Shown one piece after another: positions 51,199 through 64,000 of a DNA stretch of 64,000 bases (positions are counted from its first letter, which is position 1; every line of letters begins with the position of its first letter). Below the pieces are notes generated by a model. It was not told the DNA's origin. It did no database searches and was given only the letters and a program-made list of their open reading frames with translations. This DNA comes from Azolla caroliniana. Lineage: Eukaryota; Plantae; Polypodiophyta. Location of the stretch: positions 18,786,001 through 18,850,000 of the forward strand of contig JBHGNT010000007.1 in the NCBI GenBank assembly GCA_043228905.1, written 5' to 3'. A program made the position numbers and the translations under genes.

Positions 51199-53631
51199 TT
51201 AGCTATTCACATCATGATATACAGTTTCCAATACCCAATGCAAATTTGTGGGACACGATTGGTGGGATAATATATTCTGATCATCTCCTAACTTTGCATT
51301 ATTGCACATATTTGGTTGACACTTACTATAATTTGTATTAGTTTGCACCCTCAAAGCATTCATTTCAATTACTTCGGAATGCATACCCGACGCAGCACAT
51401 ATGTTTCCCATGAAGACATATGCAGAACCACATTCTCCATTCATTCGCACTGATTGCTCAAAAGCCCACATCCCAACCTCGGTGTTTACCCATTTATGGC
51501 ATGCACCCAAAAGAACTAACCATAGTGGAAGACGATCAGAAGATTGAACTGTCTCAATCACAGCAATAGCTTTATCAAAGTGTCCTGATCGGCTAAAAAG
51601 ATCGACCATACACGTATAGTGTTCTAAATTCGGAGTGAGTTGATAAATGATGCTCATATCATTGAAGAGTGTTTGTCCTTCTTCCACGAGCCCTGCATGG
51701 CTACAAGCAGTTAGCATAATGAGGAAAGTAACTAGATTTGGCACAATACCTTTTCCCCTCATTTTATTGAACAGATTCAACACTTCTTTTGCGTGTCCTA
51801 GCTGAGCATAGCCAGCCATGAGTGCATTCCAGGGTACAACATCTTGTATAAGAAGTGTATCGAATACTTCTTGTGCTTTTACAAGCACACCACATTTGGC
51901 ATACATGTCTAGCAATGCTACGCCGAGGACGAGGTTATCTTCTAGCAACATTTGCTTCATGACTTCCTTATGTATCTCGCCTCCAGTGTTCAGAGACCCT
52001 ATGTTTCCACAAGCTTTCAAGATGGAAACAAAGGTGATTGCATTAGGGGAGACACCTTCGGCTTGCATTCTATGGAAGTATTTCACTGCTTCTTCACCGT
52101 AACCATGTTGGGCATAACCAGACACCAAGGCACTCCAAGATACAACATTCCGCTCTGGAAGTTCATCGAATACTTCTTGGGCCTTAATGAGAACCCCACA
52201 TTTCGCATACATATCCACCAATGCAGTGCCAAGCACCATGTCTCCCAATAACCCCTTTTTCTTCACTTCACCATGGATCTCTTCCCCCATCTTTAGAGAT
52301 GCTACACTGCTGCAAGCCTTCAAAATGCTTACAAAAGTGACAGTGTTAGGGGAGAGACCCTCATCTATCATTCTCTTGAAGCAATTTAACGCTTCATCAG
52401 CATATCCATGTTGGGTGTACCCAGCAATCAATGCAGTCCATGATACTACATTCCTTCTTGGAAGATTTTCAAATACTTCTCGTGCTTTCACAAGCACACC
52501 ACATTTGGCATACATGTCGAGCAATGCTGTGCCAAGTACTACATTTTCTTCTAATAACCCTTGCTTGTTAGCTTCTTTGTGTATTCTCTCTCCCACTGCT
52601 ATGGACCCTATGCTCCCACAAGCTTTCAAAATGCAACTAAAAGTTATGGCATTGGGAACAAACCCTTGATCTTGCATAAGCTCAAAGCACTTTAATGCTT
52701 CATGGCTACACTCATGTTGAGCATAACCAGCAATTAATGCATTCCACGATACAATATTCCGTTTAGGAAGCTCATCGAACACTTCCCTTGCTTTTCCAAG
52801 AACCCCGCATTTGGCATACATATCCACTATAGCCGTGCCGAGAATGATATTCTCGTCTCTTAATAACCCTTGCTTGTTAACTTCAGCATGTATATTTTCT
52901 CCGGTTTCGAGAGACCTTGTATTGCCACATGCTTTCAAAACGCAACTAAAAGTAACCACATTTGGAGAGGAACCCTCATCTTTCATATGCTCGAAACACA
53001 TTATGGCCTCATTACCCAGACCATGGTGGACATATCCACTGATCAATGCATTCCAAGTTATGACATTACGAGCAGGCATCTCATCAAATACTTGACGAGC
53101 TTTCCACATGACCCCAAACTTAGCATACATATCGACCAATGAAGTTCCAAGCACAACATTGTCTTCCAAAAGACCCATCTGTCTTATCTCACCATCTATT
53201 TCTTCTCCGATCTTGAGAGACCCAATCATGATACATGCTTTCAAAAGGCAACCAAATGTGAATGCATTTGGAGAGACACCTTTATCTCTCATATACATAA
53301 AACATCGAATAGCTTCATGGCCAAAACCATGATGTGCATAGCAAGCAATAATCGCATTCCAAGATTCAACTGTGTGCGTAGGAAGTTCACGAAAAACTCT
53401 TAATACATCTTCAATAGCACCACATCTAACATACATATTAAGCAAACCATTGCTTATCCTAAGATCCTTGAGGAGCAAATCTGTGTTGACAATATCGGCA
53501 TGTATCCTTCTTGCTTTGAGCAGATCCTTTTGTTTCCCACAAGTTTTCATAAGACCGAGAAGGAGGTAGGGATCTGGGAAGTGAAGAGTTGTGGAGACAT
53601 TCTCTGATTTGACATAAGAAACATGGAACAT
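51199..53631 (-). CDS. PLS-class pentatricopeptide repeat protein with E domain, no DYW; intronless, 810 aa
   Basis: Six P-L-S triplets (DMYAKCG / SWNALIAGY / [10 protein letters not shown]), [41 protein letters not shown]. Confidence 0.96.
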   Translation of the reverse strand: [810 protein letters not shown]

Positions 53632-54288
53632 TTCTTATCTATCTATCTATCTATCTATCTGTAACCCTGCTTCTTTCTTAATCTTCTTCTATCTTTCTGA
53701 GAGAGAGAGGAACCATCATCATGAGACCATGGCGCGCTCTTGCTGAAGTGTGTGTGTCTTTCTGAGGAGGCAAGAACAGGGGAGAAGCTTAATAATGATC
53801 ATTGAAATCATAGTACGTAATATACTCGAATGCATTGGAAAACATTCGTTTTTCATACGAATTCAAACGAATGACTATGTTATCAAAACATTCGTATGTT
53901 TTTTTTTACACTTTTTATCTTTACTTCCTTACATTATAAGTTACAATAAATAAGGAATACAAAAGTATGGTATTTACCATACCCGAATGACTGAAACATT
54001 TTTTGCGAATGCGAATGCACGTATGGTACGTATGATTCATAGTATGATTGAAATCACAAACCTTAGTGTTTTCTTTTGGAGGGTTTAGTGAAAGAAAAGA
54101 CCTTAGCCATCAAACCTCATCCTCTCTTTCTTTCTTTCTTTCTTCCTTTCTTTGTTTGTTCAATATACACAATTACATATGTTAATAAATGTGTGTGAAA
54201 AACTCTACTTACAAATTCACGATCACCCACTGACCACAAGGTAGTGGAACATTTTGAATTGCCATTAGGCAACATAGAACACTCTATT

Positions 54289-54620
54289 AAGAATCGGCAA
54301 TGGTTCGGTTTCGGCTTAACCGGTTTGGCCTTATCCATACCAAACTGTTTAAGCCTACACTGGTTTGGGAGTTCCCAAACCTGAACCGAACCAGTTCCTA
54401 CATTGGTTTAGGCTAACCGGGTAAGCTTAAACTAGTTCAGGAACCGGTTTTGCCAAGCCGATTACACCTTAACCGGCTTAGCCCAAATCGGTTTGTTCGG
54501 CTTGAGCCATCCCAGTTCGAGCTCAAACAAATTAAGGAAGCTTAAGCCTAAACTGAACCAAACCACTTTTAAATGGTTTAACGGTTCGATTTAGCCTTGA
54601 GCTGAGTCGTTGCTCCAATA
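54289..54620. mobile_element. Non-autonomous DNA transposon (hAT-like MITE) remnant
   Basis: Dense AACCG/CGGTT motifs in both orientations; degenerate terminal inversion GCAATGGTTCGG / CTGAGTCGTTGC. Confidence 0.55.
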
Positions 54621-57260
54621 AATAAAAATTGCCACATCAATACATCCTTCAGTTGTCATAAATATCCTTTGATTCCGTTCTGTGCCTGCCATCAAATTGA
54701 AAGCAATGCACATATCCCGATTATCATGCACTCCCTAATACCTCAGAAATAGAAAAACAATCTCCATCTCTAATTTCGGGTCGACTTGTGCAAATTTGAG
54801 CAAACACCCCATTATTTTGGCGTCAAATAACATTGTGATAAAACTTGCAGAATTCGAGAAATGTAACTCCAAATCGGACACGCAATTGGACATTGTATGA
54901 AACAATGACCACTTTCTTCCACTTGAGCTAGTGCAAAAGAAGCAATTGCTCATTGGTAGTCCATATTGCTTTAGAGCTAATCCCAAAGGCAAACCCCCCA
55001 ATCAAAACCTTTGATACAACTTGGCAATGTAGAATGCCAACCACATTTAATATCTCCCACCATCCATAATTAGAGTTATATACTTTCCATTCTTGTTCAA
55101 CCTTAAAAGTAGCCATCAAAGAGATGCAACAGAGCCATGATACAAGAGATTAGTAGTTACTTGTAAAAACGACATCTGACCCCATAAACACCAATCAACC
55201 CATGGTTGCTTTTCTATTTATTGAGATAAAGGACCTTGCATCAATGCAATATTGTGTAGTTATTGCCAGATAAACCTATAATTGAGTGGAACATGTAAAA
55301 CTTGCCACACTTCAACAAAGTCAATTTTTTGTGATCAAGTGTCTATTATCTCTCTCACCTCTTTGACCCCTAAACAAAACAATTGATTAAATTGAGAGTG
55401 CAATCTCTCATTTCTAGGCCAACATAATAACCAAGAAGACATCAGTAACTCTTTTTGCAAAGAATTACAATGCTCTCTATTAGAAGGTGGTTTCCATACA
55501 AACAACAAGAGTGTGTCATGCCATGAGACAACGAAGTGTTAATAATAACAATAATCAACATGGCATGTTTAAATTTGGACACATGCATACATGCTATGAA
55601 CTATATATATTATAGGCCATTTACATCGCATTAAACTAATTAAGTGTATATAATATCCCTTTAATTTCATTCTCCTCGTACAATAGTTCTCCTTTTTTAT
55701 CTACAAAATTTGTACATTTTCTAGCTTGTCATGAAATTGCAATTTCCCCTCTACCTGAAATACTAGGTAACAAAAAACTTGTGATATGTCAATACAAGCC
55801 TCAAGATGTTCATACTATTTGTATTCAATATAAAACAATTGTAGCCACACTTTATTACAACATGCTTATGAATTTGCAAGTCCAACATATACAAGCTCTA
55901 CACAAACATCCTTGTTGATACTTACACGATCAAGATTACATCATGGTCAACATCATTTTGAAACATGGTGATTACTTTGATCATCTTGCATTGCTATTTA
56001 TTTCCATTTTTTCTTCATTGTATTTTTATCTCTTTTGAATAGGAATATGGTGCATTGATCTCTCATGAGTAATTAGATGGATCACGTCAATAGAAATGCA
56101 GGGTTTTTTACGATAATGTTTGCCATTGCTTACATATATATATATATATCTTCAGTAATTGAAGGTTTTCAATTTCAATACCAATATTCCCCATTCGGTA
56201 AAGGGCATCCCCTGTGAATAAATACCATTTGACAAATATACAAATTACTTATGCTGCCATGTAAGCATTTGCAAGTATATGCTCATTCAAATAAGTATTT
56301 CACAAGAGTATTTCAATTGTAATTAGTACCAGAATATAAGTGTACTCATTTGATAAGAATTGTATAATATATGCCCATTTGATAAGCTGATGCCAAGGAG
56401 CAAGGGAGTACTTCGATACACTTCAGCCAAAGCTTCAGCAAATACTTCATGTCACTCTTTGGCCAAGAAGATTGTTTTTCAACATTAAACATTACATGAT
56501 GGAAGCTTCGATTTGTGAAACTTGTCATATCACTTTGGAGCTTTCTCAAGTGTTATTGGCATTCGTTCATGTAAGTGAAAATCAAGTTGTTTTTACTAAA
56601 CCTTATGGTTGAATTGTATTTGGCCACTTCATTTTTTGTTTTTATCATGATGGCCCACCATGGGGTATAGAACTTGTGAATGTATTTATCAAGGCTTCAG
56701 TTCTGTCGAGGGTAAGGTGAATAACATGGGTAAACTCACAAGCTCCAACGCCCCTCTTCATCGAGCCATCCTCTAAATTTACACCTTAGAATAGAGGAAA
56801 AAACAACACACCCTCTCCAAGGTTGTGAGCAGGTGAGCATTCTCAAAGGTAGGAAGTGGGAAAAGGCTGAAAATGAGATTGATTTACAGTTTCATCTTCT
56901 TTAGTAACACTACATGGATTGAGACCCTCTCACTTATGAGGAAGCATGGAATTGATTGATCTTGGATGGAACCAAAGATTAATACCAGACCACAATATAA
57001 CCCTATATAAATTAGAAGCAAATCTAAGTTTGTTTCCAAACTTCCGTCATCATATATTCCACTGGATCTTTTTTGTATTTCACAAAGATCCAGCTCAAGC
57101 TTGAGACCTTGTGAATTCAACTCGGCCTAATCTTCAGGGCGTCGTGAAACTTTGCTTCAATGCAATGGAGAATCACAAGGCCCTGTCAAAGTATCCTACA
57201 GGAACTCTTCTAAAATGTATGCATGCTGAAAGCACACAATCTGATTGGTATAAAAGGAAT

Positions 57261-60200
57261 CTATGGTACAATCACGAAATCTTGCTCATTTGCTCGTCGG
57301 TACAAAATCACTGAAGCCTCCAACCTGACGAAAAAAACAGCAATCAAGTCATTGATTCTTACATAGGTAGAATCAAATTTAGATATGGATGAATTTCTAA
57401 AACTCCTTGATTTTTTGCTATTTAGCAGAAAATCTGTTAAGTTCCCAAAATTACCAGAATGCTATTATGTCTTAATAGTGGGAATTTCTGGTAATTTTAA
57501 AAAACTTAAAAGGTAATTTGGTGCTTTTTTCTTCCGCTTGTCAGGGTTGGCCTGGTGGTTCAGGCAATGGCCTCTGCTAAAAAGCAGTAGATCGAGGGTA
57601 CAACTACCTACCCCCCCACAGAGGGGGTAACCAATAAGAGAAAATTAACTGAATGGGATTGTGATCTATTATCTAATGTACTCACCAACTAGGCCTAACA
57701 ACAAATCTGCCAGTAGATAAGGCCCAATTGACCTGAAAATCACACGGTTGGAAAGCCAAATCAGATCATAATACAAGTTACTGCTAAGTTTCCTTTATAA
57801 TTACTTTCATAGACATTACCTTGTCAGTCCCTAGGGAAATTGCCACCACATGCGTAACACTGTCATCAATGGCCATGGAGCATATGGCACCGAATTGTTC
57901 AGCTAGCTGCCAGAGTGGGTGTAGGTGAGGCTGAATCTCTCCTTGGGGGAAAACTCTACTAAATATAAGCTTACAACCATTTAAAACCCTCCGTTGCTCC
58001 TTTGCGAGAATATCACGCACATCAACTTGATGAAGCCTTGGCTTTGAGAAAAATTCATAATGTATTTTCTCAATTACCTGAGATTTAAACATGTGATTCT
58101 CTACTGATTGCTGAATGAAGGATTGCTAGTAGATACATATATACATAGACCAAAAAGTAAATAGGCTAACCGTCAAAGCTGATGCCAACATGCCATCTGG
58201 TTCCCTCTCATCATGACCCACTTCGAGAAGTGATGGACCCGGCAAACCAAATTGCTTTCTACTACAAGGGAAGTACATGTACCTATGGAGATCATTTACA
58301 GCAATTCAAACATAATTACTTGCAAACATGCAATGCAGCAATGTTGTGATCAACAAACCAACGAGATTTCACCTTTCCACGACAATAAGGTTATGTCTGT
58401 GGTGTGGCCAAACACGTGCTGAATCATCGATAATGACTACAGCTGATTCCATTCCCAGCACACCATCCAAATCTTTGCTTTTGGGAGGTCTTTCATCTCC
58501 ATCAGACACATCTCCATCATCACCCTTGGAAATTACCCTCCCAGCGAACAAAACCCCAGTGGGATCAAGAAGTCTCGCCATCTCTGTTGCATAAGCTTTG
58601 TTGCCCATTGTGTAGACATGAAGCTCATATAATTGGCTAGCCTACAAAAAAATGAGGGAAAATCAAAGAGAACGCAAAGTTTAGCTATACTGCCAAATTT
58701 CTGAGATCGCTGTGCTTCAATGATTATTACCACTTTTGATGCAGGAATGACAACTAAATACATGTTAATTTTGTAAAGCCCGGGGCATATACAAACAAGC
58801 ATCAGCATGAATGAGAGAGAGAGAGAGAGATGAAAGGTGTGATAAAAGAAAGCAAGCACATAAGAAACCAGGTTTAAGAACTAGAAATATGTCTTACCAG
58901 TGAGTGTCTACATTACACATGGCATCCCATCTCAAAGTAGAAAAAATGTCAGGCATAAAATGAACTAGATGTTATGGCATCCATCCACGTATCACCAGTA
59001 TGCCCAAGGAGTTGAAGGTGCATATATCAGCATTTGCATTATAGTGAATGAGAGAAAGGCATGAAAAAGCATAATGAAGGAAAGCAAGCACATACATAAC
59101 CAAGTTTAAGAGGTAGAAATATGAGTACAAATCCACACAGCACAAGGCATCTCATCTCAAGGAGAAATCACTTCGTGCAAAGCATGCAATATGGCATGCC
59201 TCCACATATAATCTGTATGCCCAAGAGGAGCTGAAGGTGCATATATCCGCATTCATATAATGTAATGCTAACTATATGAAGCATCCCACTGAGATTCTAA
59301 TTTCTACCATTTCTAAACAGTGATGACCAGACTTTCCACCCATGATGGAAAGATAGCACTGAGTAACAGAAAGACAAATTTGATATTACAAGTACAAATA
59401 CATATACAAATATGTCCAGATTTGAACTAATAAAATAAACCACCAAATATGATGTCTAATATAAGGTTTTTACCCTTGCCAAAAAGTTCCATATGCCAGG
59501 ACGTAGCTTTGTCCACATGCTCATGTGGGGAAAGCGATATAACTCACGTTTGTTGCCTTCCTTACCAAACTTAGCACGCTCTGTCATTTCATTCACCCGC
59601 AACTTGCCTTCCCATTCCTCTTCAATTTCAGCAAACTAGAAATAGCAAAGGACGTCCACTTAAGACAAGCCCAATTAACCTACAAACTGAAAGGAATAAA
59701 ATTTTCCAATACCTTAGCTGAATTAAGAAGTGTATGGTCAAGGTCAAGAACCAAGCATAGCTTCTTGGCAACAAACATTCTGGTTTGTTCCTCTATTCTT
59801 CTTGCTCTTTCTTGTCTAACTGCTTGCTTTCGTTTCTCATCAAGACCCTCAAGAAGTGGTTCTAAATTATTCCAATGGTTTATATTTTCTGATTGTTTAG
59901 GAGCTGCTGTTGAGACGCTTCCATTCAAGTCCAAGTTACTTGCTACATTGCTGGCAGACACTTTACTTGCAACACCAATAGGTTTGCTGATACTTGAAAC
60001 ATCTTCAACCCTACTCCCATTTATAGTTGAATCAATATCTTGAGATGGGTCATTGCCTTCAAGTAAAGGTGATGTTTCATCATTGTTAGGAGAGGATATA
60101 AGCTTCCCCTCAGCTACAAAAGAATCAATTGCAGCAATGTCTGCTTTTGAATGAGTCATCGGGTTTATGGTCATTCCTGATGGTGTGGTAATATTACCTT

Positions 60201-63200
60201 TCACAGGTAATAATATTTCCTGGTTGTTGGACTTTTCAACAGTACTTCCAAGCAGCACTCGTCGAGGGTCCCTTGGTTTCATTCTTGGCTTAGAGGAATC
60301 AGTCTGGAAAGAAAATGCCAAGCAATCCAATAAGAAAGAGAGAGAAAGAGAAAGAGATTACAGTCAGTTATTTTGAATACACCGTAACAAAAAAATAACA
60401 AAAGAGTGCCTTGAAAATATAATTAAAAACCTACTGGTGAATCCGAAGATGCATTGGGCAGCTTATGTTGTGTCCTTCTTAGTATAGATGTCTTATCATC
60501 CATAAAACTCTGTTTGATATTGTCAGTAGAAGCAATACTTTGCACTAGTGGAAGGTCATCTCCATCCTTAGCATCTGCGACAGGCTTCTGTCTTTTCGTA
60601 GGAACTTCTTGGCTTAACAATTCAAACTGTCTTTTTCGTTGAGAAATTTCACCAGATGAATCTGCACGCATACGTAATGTTTCATCATCTAAATCGATAT
60701 TTGTCAAGGTTTCGGGTATAGCCGGCATTAACCCTTGTTCTGATGACCATACTCCTGCTGTTCCCAATGTTAAAAGTGAAACTAGTTCACCTTTGAGCAA
60801 AGGATTATTTTGACATGCTAGAAGATCTTCATGCTTCTTCGCAGATATCATTTCAGTAGAAAGTTTTTTTGGACCTTCACTTTGTGAAATATCTCCTTCA
60901 AAAGCATGATTAACTAATCTTCTTCTCGGATCTCGACTCTTTTTTGCAAGCATTAACTTTGTTTGATGTCCATCTGGGTCCATATCTTCCACTCGAGCAA
61001 CAGGCAGCACAGAGCTCGGAAATAGCTTTAATTCAGTGTAAGAGACTCTGTTACCACTACTAATGCTACTGCTATCTTGTTGAGGAACATTTGATAATGG
61101 GAAATTTTGTTGTTTACCTTGTGATACTTCACTCTTCCTCATATTTCCTTGAATTTCACTAGTATCAGGATTGAGCCTAGAAGTCTCAAGCTGATTATTC
61201 ACAGTTGCATCGTCATCTTCATCTGAAGGCGTTGGACTCGGCAGTCGAGTATAACCAGTATGAGATTTTCCGGCAAATTTTTCATGATATGAAGTGAGAG
61301 CTTTGACAGGATCAATATTGGGTACAAATCTATCATTTTTTATGGTAGAAACTTGTACCTCCCTTGTATGGATATTAGTCATTCTAGTCTCTGCACTGCC
61401 TCCTAATGCATGTGTTGGATAGCTTTTACTTATGCCATCTTGAAAAGTCATGGGATGGCATCCCAAGTGTGTCAAATTTGTGGAAATTTGGTTTGCAATC
61501 GGGGTCACATTAGAGAAGCTTATGGCCTCTTGATAATTCATGGCATGGTTGGCAATCGGATTCAAAGTAGCAGAAATCTCCCTTGGAAAAGCGTAACTTT
61601 GAGCCTCATAGTGTTCTTGTGGGATGGAAGAAATCCAACCACCAAGACCTATATTTCCTGCCACATTAGTATTGTCTACAACATGAATATTGTTGTTAGC
61701 AGGAATAATGCCTGAAAGATGCCTTTCGGCATCGGTGGTTGATATTTGCTCTGTTTCAGTCCTACCATTGGCAGAGGTATCAGTACTACTATCACTTTCA
61801 AGCTGCGTTGTTGCTGATGTATTACATGATGATTCGCCAAACCTCCATTCCTTATCTTCTCCCTTCTCAGATTCTAATCCCTTTGAATATGAGTTTGGCA
61901 TGTAATCTCCCTTATTTAGACATCCAAAGGATGACATTATGGAATCAAGCTGCAGGAAATACATAAAAAAATAAGAATTCTGCAATTCACAAACTAGCCT
62001 TCTCTCATGACTGAATAATAAAATTGCTCAGACCTCTTGGATTTGCTTGGATGTGAAAAGACTTTGGCATCTGTTTCGGGCAAGGTCTAATAACCTAAAT
62101 AATTGTTGAAAAAAAAGTGATAATTAAAATTATTCGACAAAATATAAATGTAAAACCTAAGTTTTATATGATAGAAAACCTCGGAAATGCTTCTGTCCCC
62201 TCATTTTGCATTCTTCCAATAGGAGTGCTCCAAACCTACAAAAAAGCGCCCAAAGCATCAGACTTCAAGATCCAATGCTTTTACAATAAAAATAGATTAA
62301 AGAGCTCACTCACCTCATACGCAGCTCTTATTCCAGAGAAGACGTCTCTTGTGAATGCAATAATTTTCCTTTGATACCCTTCTGAATGCTTGAATTGTAG
62401 AACTCTTTTATTGAGATCTCGAAGAATCTTAACTGCCCTTCGTAGTTGCTTACAGACGGTCATAAAAGAACTGAAGCAAATGGGTTGAATGATTAGAATA
62501 GAAAGGCTTCATTCTCTAAAATAAGCTATGAATAGCCAAACATTTATTAGTTATATATAACAGTTTCTAACTCACTTTTGGGCATCTTTGACACTAACAT
62601 TCCTAAGCAACTCATTACATTCTGCAAAAAGCTTGTCTTTGAGTGAATCTGACATGATGTAAACGTGATCAAAAGCGTCGGAATCCCTCCTACCCTTGAG
62701 ATTGGATTGTGGAAATGACATATCCAATGGATTTATTTCTCTTCCTTTTGAATACCTTGCTGGTTTATCAGACCCCACGGCACCTATTTCAGCTAGCATT
62801 CCTCTCTTCCCTTCTCTCTCTCCCATTTCTAGATTCCTTTCGCCTCGTGCGCTTCGAAAATCCCTCTTTCTACTATCCTTAGCATATCTAACAGAATCTG
62901 ATCGCCTTCGGTATCCCTTGTCTAGTATCGAACCTCGTCCTTCCGGAATATTTCTATACTTCTCCTCCATTTTATTGTTTGCATTCTTTGACATATTTGA
63001 TCTTTCCGAGATTCCTTTGTTGCCTCGTCCTTTCCCCCATTTTACATCAGATTGTTCTCCTCCATCTTGCAAATAAATAAAACCATCATCACTTCTCAAG
63101 AAGCTAACATATTTCATGCCTTGATCACCCACAATCCATCCACTTTTGCTTTCAGCGATGAGGTCCATGTCCTTATTCCCAGACCAGGATGAAGACTTGA

Positions 63201-63978
63201 GCAAAGAACCTGAGGCTGAATCAGCATCACCAATCTTTCCTTTCGTTACAGATGAAGCCTCTTCTAGAGGAGAATCTATCGTTGATTCTTTGGTGTTTCC
63301 TTGAACACCTTTAGCCCAGGCAAATTGGTAGAATTTATCAGGCTTTCCCGAGAATGGAGAAGCTTCTTTTGGCCAATTCCATCCACTCTTTACAACATCG
63401 CCATTTGATCGCTCTGGCCATCTCACCGAAGCTATGGTTGAAGATTTCTCGGGTATTTCCGTTTTCAGACCAGAAGGTTCATCTATTTCATGTGCAGGTG
63501 ATATTGGCGTATCAACATTTCCCAAACTTTCATTGTTATCATCTGAAATCTCTCCTTCTTCTGGCTCCTCAGAATGCTCCGATATCTTCTCAGATACTAT
63601 TTCTGATACCATCTCCTGAACACTCTCCAGTATTGTCTCGTGAAGAGCTGCTACCGTATTGGGTATATTATCTGGTACCTTTTCTGATATGATTTCTGGT
63701 ACACACTCAGGTAAATCTTTGGATACACTCTCAGGTACACTTTCGGGTACACTCTCCAGTACATTTTCGGGTACACACTCTGATATCTTCTCCAGTGGGA
63801 TTAATGGTACATTCTCTGGTACATTCTCCATTATCTCGACATCATTTAACATTTGTGGTTCATCAGCTTCCTGAGGTCCTCCAACAATGCCCGGTTCTTC
63901 CCCTGTATCATCTTTGAATAACTCAGATGATTGCTCAAGATTAAGATCTATTTCACAAATTAACGAGGCTTGATCCAT
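57261..63978 (-). CDS. CPL3: RNA polymerase II CTD phosphatase-like 3 (FCP1-type catalytic domain + BRCT), ~12 exons
   Basis: EEPEEGEISD, FAWAKGVQ, RLPSPTPS, KSRDPRRRL, MKPRDPRRVL, LVLDLDHTLLNS (DxDxT), WTKLRPGI, TMGNKAYATEMARLLDPTG, BRCT ending LEASVILYRRANEQDF; stop at 57261; GT-AG borders. Confidence 0.93.
57545..57640 (+). mobile_element. Possible short tRNA-derived SINE in the last CPL3 intron
   Basis: GC-richer patch with A-box-like TGGCCTGGTGG (57548-57558) and B-box-like GGTACAACTAC (~57597-57607). Confidence 0.35.
58808..59253. repeat. Diverged tandem duplication (~2 x 220 bp) in a CPL3 intron
   Basis: GAAAGCAAGCACATA, GTTTAAGA..TAGAAATATG, TATGCCCAAG and TGAAGGTGCATATATC each occur twice in order. 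Confidence 0.8.
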
Positions 63979-64000
63979 TGAGCTTATGATCCTGTTTTGT

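Noticed and set aside
51818-53569. Several plus-strand ORFs over the PPR gene
   Set aside because: Antisense shadows of the repetitive PPR coding sequence

Overview
Eukaryotic land-plant nuclear DNA. A fern or similar spore plant is likely, but this is inferred only from the PLS-PPR style and the TE types. The left ~37 kb is a nested, decayed TE cluster: at least six Ty1/copia fragments, two Ty3/gypsy fragments, several solo LTRs, a MULE transposase fragment and an APE-RT LINE with a (CTAT)n tail. Inside it lies a ~9 kb island (6.6-15.7 kb) holding a PPR remnant, a divergent dirigent gene and an intronless ~545-aa multi-pass membrane protein ORF bracketed by a ~1-1.5 kb direct repeat. That ORF matches no plant family I recognise, but its motifs resemble an uncharacterised ascomycete membrane-protein family as I recall it. 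It is the best candidate for something new here (possible horizontal acquisition, unverified). The right ~27 kb holds three ordinary minus-strand genes: a P4-ATPase lipid flippase (ALA-like), an intronless PLS-E PPR protein and a CPL3-like RNA Pol II CTD phosphatase. Coordinates were read by eye, so TE boundaries are approximate.
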